In this document: in pieces, positions 42,469-52,151 of the stretch
How the letters are laid out: every line of letters begins with the position of its first letter
Numbering within the stretch: the stretch's first letter is position 1
From: Flavobacteriales bacterium
GTDB taxonomy: Bacteria; Bacteroidota; Bacteroidia; Flavobacteriales; Weeksellaceae
Length of the DNA stretch: 64,000 bases
Assembly (NCBI GenBank): GCA_038242555.1
Contig: JBBSRZ010000001.1
Span: 14,062 to 78,061 of the forward strand
Reading direction: 5' to 3'
Notes under the pieces: model-generated
The model's database searches: none
What the model was told of the DNA's origin: nothing
Seen by the model: the letters and a program-made list of their open reading frames with translations, nothing else
Made by a program: the position numbers and the translations under genes

Positions 42469-43509
42469 ATGAACGACATTTTCAACATCAAAACAGAAAG
42501 CGATTTTCAACAGAAATGTTTGGAAACTTTTAATTATCAGTACAACAACGTAGAGGTTTATCGGAAGTTTGTCGATTATTTGAACATCAATCCAGATGAC
42601 ATTACGGAAGTTGAAAAAATACCTTTTCTGCCGATCGAGATGTTTAAAAATCACACGATCTTAGATCAAAAAAAATCTACAGATTTATTTTTTCAAAGTT
42701 CGGGTACAACGCAGATGAACCTTTCTAAACATTGGATCGCAGACGAAAATTTATATCAGGAAAGTATCGAAAAAAGTTTTGAACAGTTTATCGGAAAGCC
42801 AGAGGATTATATATTCCTAGGTCTTTTGCCAAGTTATCTTGAAAAGCAAAATTCTTCTTTAATATATATGGTTGACTTTCTGATGAAAAAATCAGGAAAA
42901 CCGGAAAACGGATATTTCCTTTACAATCATCAGGATTTATTTGAGTTATTAAAGAAGCTTTCAACCGAAAATAAAAAAGTGATACTTTTCGGAGTTTCTT
43001 TTGCCTTGTTGGATTTTCTTGATTTCTGTCAATCTGAATTGGTCGAAGGATCTTTGCAACTTTCAAATGATTTAACAATTATTGAAACAGGCGGAATGAA
43101 AGGACGAAAACAAGAAATGACCAAAGACGAGTTATTGGGAATTTTTCATAATGGTTTTGGTACCGATAAAATTTACTCAGAATATTCGATGACTGAATTG
43201 CTTTCACAAGCCTATTCTTTAGGTCAAAATATTTACGAAAGTCCAAACTGGATGCGGATTCTCATTCGAAATACCGAAGATCCTTTTTCATATTTAGAAC
43301 ACGGACGAAACGGTGCGATTAATATTATCGATTTAGCGAATCGCCATTCTTGCAGTTTTATCGCGACGCAGGACTTGGGTAGAATTCTGACGGATACTGA
43401 AATTAGTTACTCAGTTTATAATAATGAAGAAATAACAACAAATCAGTTTCAAGTCTTAGGCAGAATTGACCATTCCGATATTCGAGGTTGCAGTCTGCTG
43501 GTATCTTAA
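42469..43509 (+). CDS. LuxE/PaaK-like acyl-protein synthetase (acyl transferase)
   Basis: PFLPI, SSGTT, ETGGMKG, EYSMTEL, TQDLG, LGR...RGCS. Confidence 0.87.
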   Translation: MNDIFNIKTESDFQQKCLETFNYQYNNVEVYRKFVDYLNINPDDITEVEKIPFLPIEMFKNHTILDQKKSTDLFFQSSGTTQMNLSKHWIADENLYQESIEKSFEQFIGKPEDYIFLGLLPSYLEKQNSSLIYMVDFLMKKSGKPENGYFLYNHQDLFELLKKLSTENKKVILFGVSFALLDFLDFCQSELVEGSLQLSNDLTIIETGGMKGRKQEMTKDELLGIFHNGFGTDKIYSEYSMTELLSQAYSLGQNIYESPNWMRILIRNTEDPFSYLEHGRNGAINIIDLANRHSCSFIATQDLGRILTDTEISYSVYNNEEITTNQFQVLGRIDHSDIRGCSLLVS

Positions 43510-43518
43510 AATAATTTC

Positions 43519-44058
43519 ATGCTTAAAGTAGAAGAACTTACTTATAATTATATCAATGAATTTTGTGATTTTGAGCAAGATTTAATTTTGACCAATCATT
43601 TTCATTCCGATTGGGAAGCTGATATTCTGGTGATCAACCAAGATGGTTTTAGTCATGAACTTGAAATAAAATTATCCCGAGCAGACTTTAAAAATGATTT
43701 TAAAAAGAAATATCAAAATCAGACGACGAAGGAGAAGTTTTTAAAACACGATAAAATTTCTTGTGGAGATTATCCTTGTAATCAGTTTAGTTTTCTATTA
43801 CCACAAGGAATGGTGCAGGAAAACGAAATCCCGAAACATTGCGGAATTATTGAATTTTATCACAATCCAGATTCTTGGAAAACAACTTTTGATGAAATTC
43901 GAAAACCTACCATAGTTCATGCCGAGCCGTTCTGGAAACTATTTGATAAAGATCTAATGTTGAAAATGATGGCTAGAAATCTTTATTTTAAAAAGTTAGA
44001 AGTGAAAGGTAAATTTGAAGAGCTTATTCTACCGCCGAAATTTTTGCAGAAAAAATAG
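43519..44058 (+). CDS. Putative PD-(D/E)xK nuclease-fold protein (MmcB-like)
   Basis: EADILV...ELEIKLSRADFKNDFKK motif. Confidence 0.6.
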   Translation: MLKVEELTYNYINEFCDFEQDLILTNHFHSDWEADILVINQDGFSHELEIKLSRADFKNDFKKKYQNQTTKEKFLKHDKISCGDYPCNQFSFLLPQGMVQENEIPKHCGIIEFYHNPDSWKTTFDEIRKPTIVHAEPFWKLFDKDLMLKMMARNLYFKKLEVKGKFEELILPPKFLQKK

Positions 44059-44165
44059 ATTTTTGTTTGCGGTTGTTCTGGGTTAATTTCTGAAAATTTT
44101 CTATGTTTTATTTTTCTGAAAATAGCCTTTCGAAAATTCTTATCTTTACTTAAATTTCAAATATA

Positions 44166-44918
44166 ATGAACTTTAAAAAATATAAAATGATCTTCTGGGG
44201 GATCGGAATATTAACTATCGTATTCCTCGCCTTTCTCATTTATCAAATGACTCAGAGCGAATCTATTAATTCCCTGATGACTTTGGTCATGCTGGTTTTA
44301 GGATTAGTTTTAGGTGGTCTTATTGCATTCTTATTCTCTAATAAATTGAGCGCCTCGCCGCCGGTTATTACTGAAAGTTCGCACACGATTGCGGAAAGTA
44401 TGCGAAAAGTTTTTAAGGTAGTTTCGGCGGAAGGACATTTTAACGAAATTTACAATTACGAAGAAACAACCAAACTTTTACATTTTATTCCCTCGAAAAA
44501 GAAAGCGTTGGTTATCGTTCAGGCGAAAGTTTTAGTTGGCTATGATTTTGAAAAATTTCAGTGGGAAGTTGATGAGGAAAATAGAAAAGTAAAACTCCTA
44601 AATTTTCCCGATCCAGAAATTCTATCCACCGAAACCGATTATAAATATTACAATATCGAAGAGCAATTTTTTAACTTATTTAGCAAAGATGATCTCGCTA
44701 AAATTCAGCAAAATGGTAAGAGACAAGTGATTGAAGCTGCTAAGAAATCTCATCTCCCAGAAGTCGCTGCTGAACAAATGCGAACTTTACTAACTGAATT
44801 GCTGGCAGGCAAAAACTTTTTCCTGGAGAATGCCAATGTGATTTCAAGTAAAAACCAGATAGCAGATAAAATGGAACCACTCAAAGCTTTACCATTAAAA
44901 TCTGAGCAAATTCTATAA
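44166..44918 (+). CDS. DUF4230 domain membrane protein
   Basis: Two N-terminal TMs; KKALVIVQAKVLVGYD, PDPEILS. Confidence 0.82.
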   Translation: MNFKKYKMIFWGIGILTIVFLAFLIYQMTQSESINSLMTLVMLVLGLVLGGLIAFLFSNKLSASPPVITESSHTIAESMRKVFKVVSAEGHFNEIYNYEETTKLLHFIPSKKKALVIVQAKVLVGYDFEKFQWEVDEENRKVKLLNFPDPEILSTETDYKYYNIEEQFFNLFSKDDLAKIQQNGKRQVIEAAKKSHLPEVAAEQMRTLLTELLAGKNFFLENANVISSKNQIADKMEPLKALPLKSEQIL

Positions 44919-45013
44919 AGTCGATATTGATAACTTTCTATTTAATTCTAAATTTAACTAAACTGAATATCCTGTGGAACATTTAGTAATTTTAACTTCT
45001 AAATAATTTTAAT

Positions 45014-47878
45014 ATTAAATATTTTTACACGCTATTACTAGCCGTACTTTTACCTTATTTTGCCCTCGGTCAAAATACAGATATTACGTACACCGTTAAC
45101 CCTACAACTTTTGATGAAACGGAGGCCGTAACTTTTACTTTTAAAGTAGATGAGAATGCTTTTGGAGTTTCAACTTCGCGTGATCTTTATTTGTGGGCTT
45201 GGTCTATTGATTCCAATAATGCGCAACTAGATGCTCCCACGAATGGAACTTTTGGTGCTTCAAATTCGGCAAACAAACTAACGTACGTTTCAAGTGCAGG
45301 TTCTACAGGAACTTATACTTTTACGATGAACACCGTAAAATCTTTTTACGGCAACCGACCTAATCCACTTTCTAAAATTGGATTCTTACTTAAAAATTTA
45401 AGTGGGACCAAACAGTCTCCGGATTATTTAGTCAATGTTGGTAAATTTCAGTTTAATTTGACGAATCCAACCGCCGGAAGCACCAATATAGTAACTTCTG
45501 GAACGGTGATCAATATCACAGGAACGGCCTCTTTACCATCAACTTTTGTAGTTAAAGCAAATGGTACTCCTGTTTATACAAGTGGTACAGCATCTAGTGC
45601 TTTAAATTTCCCGTATACCGTAACTCAGGATGCAACGATCGAAATTACGGCTATCAACGGAGCAAGTTCAGTTGTTAAAAGTTTTACGGTTGCTCTTTCT
45701 GTTCCGGTTCAGACTGGAGCAATTCCTTCTTATATGAGACAAGGTATTTCTTACAATCCAACAGATCAAACCAAAGTTGGTCTGGCGATCTATGCGCCGT
45801 TAAAAACTTCTGTACATGTAATTGGGAGTTTTAATAATTGGGCAGTAAGTGCTAATTATTTAATGAAAAAAGATACCACTAATCCTGATTTATATTGGAT
45901 TGAACTATCGGGACTTACGCCTCAACAGGTTTATACGTTTCAATACAGAATGGCTGATGGAACTAAAGTCGCTGATCCTTATTCCCCTTTAGTTTTGTCA
46001 CCTTATGATGATCCGTACATTAATCAATACTCTAATGTTTATCCAAATTTACCCGCTTATCCGGTCGGGCAAGATTTCGAGGTTTCGGTTATTCAAACGG
46101 CTAAACCTAAATATAACTGGACGATTTCTAATTTTAATAAACCGACGAAAGAAAACTTAATCGTTTATGAACTATTGGTTAGAGACTTTACTACCGAAAA
46201 AACTTGGCAGTCCCTTATTGATAAAATATCATATTTAAAATCTTTAAATATCAATGCAGTAGAATTATTGCCCGTAATGGAATTTGATGGAAATAGTTCT
46301 TGGGGTTATAACACCGGTTTTCATTATGCCTTAGATAAAGCGTACGGAACGCCTGAAAAATTTAAAGAATTTATCGATGTTTGTCACCAGAATGGAATTG
46401 CGGTAATTCTAGATATCGCGTTAAACCACGCCACAGGAAGAAGTCCACTCAGTAGAATGTGGATGATCGATCCAGATGGAGATGGATACGGTGAACCGGC
46501 TGCAAATAATCCTTATTTCAATCAAGTTCCGAAACATTCCTATAATGTATTTAATGATTTCAACCATTCTGCTTCTCCCACTAAATATTATGTGGAAAGA
46601 GTTTTGGAGCAATGGATCAATGAATATAAAGTAGATGGCTTCCGTTGGGATCTGACGAAAGGATTTACGCAGAATTGTACTGCAAATGATGAGGCTTGTA
46701 CGAATAGATTTCAGCAAGATCGGGTAGATGTTTTAAAAGCGTATGCGGATAAGCAATGGAGTTACGATCCGACATCTTATATTATTTTTGAACATTTAGG
46801 TGGTGATTCAGAAGAAAAAGAATGGGCCAATTATAAAGTCGGAGAAGGAAAAGGAATCATGATGTGGGATAAATTGACAAATCAATACAACCAAAACACG
46901 ATAGCTTATGCTGCAGACAGCAATTTCAATAGAATTGATTTTAAAAGTCATGGATTCTCGCAAAGAAGAGCGTTAGGTTACGGCGAAAGTCATGATGAAG
47001 AAAGAATCATGTACAAGAATCTGACTTTTGGATTAAACGATGGAGCCAACAGTCCGAAAATTCTGGCGAATGCTTTACAAAGACAAAAAGCGTACGGCGC
47101 GGTTTTCTTAACGGTTCCAGGCCCGAAAATGATTTGGCAATTTGCTGAATTAGGATATGACAAAAGTATCTTTACTTGTGAGGATGGGACGGTCAATACA
47201 GAAGGTGATGCCACTCCGGGAGATTGTAAATTAAGTCCAAAACCGTCGGCATTTGGTCTTGCGTATGATTTAGATGCGGAAAGAAAATCGGTTTATGACA
47301 CGTGGGCGAAGATCCTAGAATTAAGATTAGGAAATGACGTTTTCAATACCACAGATTTTACCGTAGAATCTGGTAATTTGATGCCGAGAATATTTATTAA
47401 CAAGGCAGAAAGTTCTTCAGCGCTGAAAAATGTAGTCGTCTTAGCCAACTTTACGACCACTGCTCAAAACATCGTTCCTGATTTTCCTTATACAGGAACA
47501 TGGATGAATTTAATGGACAATACTTCTTTAGCGATAGGAATCACTTCAACTCCAATTTCGATTGAAGCAGGTGGTTTTAGAATTTTCGGTAATGCGTCTG
47601 CCTTAGCAACGGACGAAGTGGTCGGAAGTAAGAGTGCAGTTACTTTGAAGTTAGCGCAAAATCCTGTCAGTAATGGAATTGCCAATATTCGCTACACCAA
47701 CGCACAGAACGGGACGATTGCAATTTATGATCTGGCTGGAACTTTGGTAAAAACCATTAAAGTGTCTAAAGATACCGGAGATGAATCCATATCTGTCAAC
47801 GGGCTTAAAGCAGGAGTTTATTTAATTCAATTGAAATCCGAAAAAGGAGTTGCAGTCACCAAAATGATTGTGAAGTAA
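45014..47878 (+). CDS. Secreted GH13 alpha-amylase family protein with CBM48-like domain and T9SS C-terminal domain; probable ATT start at 45014
   Basis: GSFNNW, YELLVRDF, SWGYN, DGFRWD, EH, ESHDEER; T9SS CTD. The frame is open from a stop at 44993 and encodes a signal peptide from 45014; the ORF track starts at TTG 45191. Confidence 0.85.
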   Translation: MKYFYTLLLAVLLPYFALGQNTDITYTVNPTTFDETEAVTFTFKVDENAFGVSTSRDLYLWAWSIDSNNAQLDAPTNGTFGASNSANKLTYVSSAGSTGTYTFTMNTVKSFYGNRPNPLSKIGFLLKNLSGTKQSPDYLVNVGKFQFNLTNPTAGSTNIVTSGTVINITGTASLPSTFVVKANGTPVYTSGTASSALNFPYTVTQDATIEITAINGASSVVKSFTVALSVPVQTGAIPSYMRQGISYNPTDQTKVGLAIYAPLKTSVHVIGSFNNWAVSANYLMKKDTTNPDLYWIELSGLTPQQVYTFQYRMADGTKVADPYSPLVLSPYDDPYINQYSNVYPNLPAYPVGQDFEVSVIQTAKPKYNWTISNFNKPTKENLIVYELLVRDFTTEKTWQSLIDKISYLKSLNINAVELLPVMEFDGNSSWGYNTGFHYALDKAYGTPEKFKEFIDVCHQNGIAVILDIALNHATGRSPLSRMWMIDPDGDGYGEPAANNPYFNQVPKHSYNVFNDFNHSASPTKYYVERVLEQWINEYKVDGFRWDLTKGFTQNCTANDEACTNRFQQDRVDVLKAYADKQWSYDPTSYIIFEHLGGDSEEKEWANYKVGEGKGIMMWDKLTNQYNQNTIAYAADSNFNRIDFKSHGFSQRRALGYGESHDEERIMYKNLTFGLNDGANSPKILANALQRQKAYGAVFLTVPGPKMIWQFAELGYDKSIFTCEDGTVNTEGDATPGDCKLSPKPSAFGLAYDLDAERKSVYDTWAKILELRLGNDVFNTTDFTVESGNLMPRIFINKAESSSALKNVVVLANFTTTAQNIVPDFPYTGTWMNLMDNTSLAIGITSTPISIEAGGFRIFGNASALATDEVVGSKSAVTLKLAQNPVSNGIANIRYTNAQNGTIAIYDLAGTLVKTIKVSKDTGDESISVNGLKAGVYLIQLKSEKGVAVTKMIVK

Positions 47879-47896
47879 ACTTCTGAATTTATAAAC

Positions 47897-47930
47897 AAAA
47901 ACGGTTCGCTGAAAAGCGAACCGTTTTTTT
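47897..47930. terminator. Bidirectional terminator
   Basis: aaaaacggttcgct-gaaa-agcgaaccgttttt. Confidence 0.85.
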
Positions 47931-47932
47931 GT

Positions 47933-49129
47933 TTAATAATGAAAGTCTTTTGGCGTGTGTTTAATGTAATCTGCTAAAACTTTTTTCTGTTGATCGTTTC
48001 CGATGTCGACCAATTTTTGATATTTTGAAGCATTTCGCAAATAGATTTTCTGTGTAATTTTATTTCCTTTCAAAACGATTTTCGGAAAAACTGAAAATAA
48101 CTTAGAAGGTTTCGGGATTTGTAACCTTTCGTTAATTTCTGGATCCAATAAAAACCAATTGATACTTTGATGAAGATTCAGTAACATTTTTCTTTGGAAT
48201 GAATGTTTATAGATCGTATTATCTAAATTTTCTTTTAGTAGCGCTTTTGCTAATTGCACCGAATCATCGTCGCCTTCATCTTGCAAGGTCGTCCACCAAT
48301 AAAATTGCTCCACGGCCTGTCGTCGATTATCGGGTAAATAATCGGCCGGAATTCCTAACAAATATCCAATGTATTTCCACAAATGGAATAATCCGTTTTC
48401 TTCATCCTCGGAAATGATGATGTTTAACTTTTTTAAACCTTGCATAAATACCAATGAAAAGCCGGTGTAAGTGGCAATCATATCCCAGGAATTAATCGGT
48501 TCACCCCACTTGTCGTAATCCCACTCCGATTTTTCTATAATTTTTAATCGAGCATAAGAATGCATGAGCCGAGTTCTGACAATTAATTGATACGCTTCAG
48601 AGTTCAGCTGTAATGCATCTTCTCTCGTAACATGTACCCAAAACTCCAGCGTATCTTTTAGTCGTTTTATGGCGCCTTTTTTTAACGTTCCCGTTAAGAT
48701 TAAGGGTTTTGTAATGTAAGCGAAATCATAACCGCCCATCAATGTAAAATCGCGCAAAACCATTAAAGCGTTTGTTCCGGTTCGCATGCAAAACCTTGCG
48801 CCTTTATTGGCTAAATTTTCATCAAACCAAATTGGTATTTCCTGTAATTGAAGAAACAGTTTCTTGAAATTTTCAGGTGTATCATCCTCTTCGGAAATTG
48901 GATGAGTTGAATATTTTTGAATTAAAGCGCTTGCGTCTTTATAAGGCAATTTCAGATAAGTTTCTTTTACGACCTCATCACCTAAATTATCAATTTGATG
49001 ATAAAGTGGTTTATACTTTTCAAAAGTTTTAAAGTCTGGCTTAATTCCAGACCAAACGAGCAATTCTTTCCCATTACCATTTTCCCAATAGTTTTTGAAG
49101 TGAGTAGCGTTTTGGAATCTTGGTTTCAT
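47933..49129 (-). CDS. MpaB/Lcp-like (DUF2236) heme oxygenase family protein
   Basis: P-x-W, LMGGY, KRLKDT, RLMHSYAR, WGEPIN, WKYIGYLLG. Confidence 0.82.
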   Translation of the reverse strand: MKPRFQNATHFKNYWENGNGKELLVWSGIKPDFKTFEKYKPLYHQIDNLGDEVVKETYLKLPYKDASALIQKYSTHPISEEDDTPENFKKLFLQLQEIPIWFDENLANKGARFCMRTGTNALMVLRDFTLMGGYDFAYITKPLILTGTLKKGAIKRLKDTLEFWVHVTREDALQLNSEAYQLIVRTRLMHSYARLKIIEKSEWDYDKWGEPINSWDMIATYTGFSLVFMQGLKKLNIIISEDEENGLFHLWKYIGYLLGIPADYLPDNRRQAVEQFYWWTTLQDEGDDDSVQLAKALLKENLDNTIYKHSFQRKMLLNLHQSINWFLLDPEINERLQIPKPSKLFSVFPKIVLKGNKITQKIYLRNASKYQKLVDIGNDQQKKVLADYIKHTPKDFHY

Positions 49130-49219
49130 TCTTTCTTTTAAACTTTTGGTAGTATATTCTTATAACGGGAAGAGGCAAAGATCTTTTAAATTATGCTTCT
49201 GAAATTACGGTCGCAAACC

Positions 49220-49235
49220 TGCCTGCCGGCAGGCA
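49220..49235. repeat. Perfect 16-bp palindrome (REP-like)
   Basis: TGCCTGCCGGCAGGCA. Confidence 0.75.
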
Positions 49236-49358
49236 AGGGCGCTTCGCTAAGCAAAGGGAAACTCATCTGATTTTCAAAAAGATTGTAAATTCTTACACGT
49301 TAATTTAAGCAATTCTTAATCAACATTTGAGCCGACTTTATTTATTGAAAACTGGTTT

Positions 49359-49479
49359 GCAATAGGGATAGAAGTGGAAATCCCGCAGTAGAGGCGCGAG
49401 CGAAGCGAGCGCCGAAACGAGGAATTGCAGCGGATAGCCCGACCCGAGCGGCTGGAAAAGCAAGGCTAGGGGATTGCCC
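49359..49479 (+). repeat. GGAAATCC-family intergenic element
   Basis: agggatagaagtggaaatcc...gcagcggatagcccgaccc...ggggattgccc. Confidence 0.65.
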
Positions 49480-49544
49480 AAATAAACCCATAAAAAAAAC
49501 CTCCCGTTATCGAGAGGTTATTATTTTGTATCGAAAAAGTTCGA

Positions 49545-51568
<2,024 letters not shown>

Positions 51569-51711
51569 AGATAAAAATTTCAGCACAAATTTACGAAATC
51601 TCTATCAATTATGTAAGGCTTTACGATATGAGTTTTAATGGGCTTTATTTCAATATTTCTATTTTGTACAATTAATTTTCAGCACTTATTTTAAAGTCAT
51701 AAATTCGCGGA

Positions 51712-52068
51712 ATGTTACGGAATAAAAAGAACCAGAAATATTTAGCATCGCTTTTTTCGGCAATCTATCTTTTTGTGGCTTTATTCTCCCAAAGTTTTCA
51801 CGACCACGGAAGTGGTGAGGCTTTTAAAGACTATCAATCTACAAAAGCAGATCGAACTTTCACGGACTCTGGCACCGTAACACATTATGCAGACTGTCTT
51901 TATTGTCATATTGTACATGAAGGAAAATATATCAGTTCTCCAGAGTTCTTCTTTGACGCAATTTCTAGTGAAGAATTTCAATTAGAATTCTTTACGGTAG
52001 AAAATTCTTTTAAATCAATTTCTCTTTACAATTTCCATCCGCGCGGCCCGCCGTTATTTTTCGTTTAA
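51712..52068 (+). CDS. DUF2946/CruR-like leader protein (TM, HDH, CxxCH, C-terminal RGPP)
   Basis: Motif architecture; located 83 nt upstream of a TonB-dependent receptor. Confidence 0.75.
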   Translation: MLRNKKNQKYLASLFSAIYLFVALFSQSFHDHGSGEAFKDYQSTKADRTFTDSGTVTHYADCLYCHIVHEGKYISSPEFFFDAISSEEFQLEFFTVENSFKSISLYNFHPRGPPLFFV

Positions 52069-52151
52069 TTTCAGTATTCCACGTCATTAATAAATAGTTG
52101 ATTTTCAGTTTTTTATTAAATGCTATTATTTTATTCTTCAAATTATATTAA

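Noticed and set aside
42469-43509. Bioluminescence (lux) operon
   Set aside because: Only a LuxE-like gene is present; no luxA/B/C/D.
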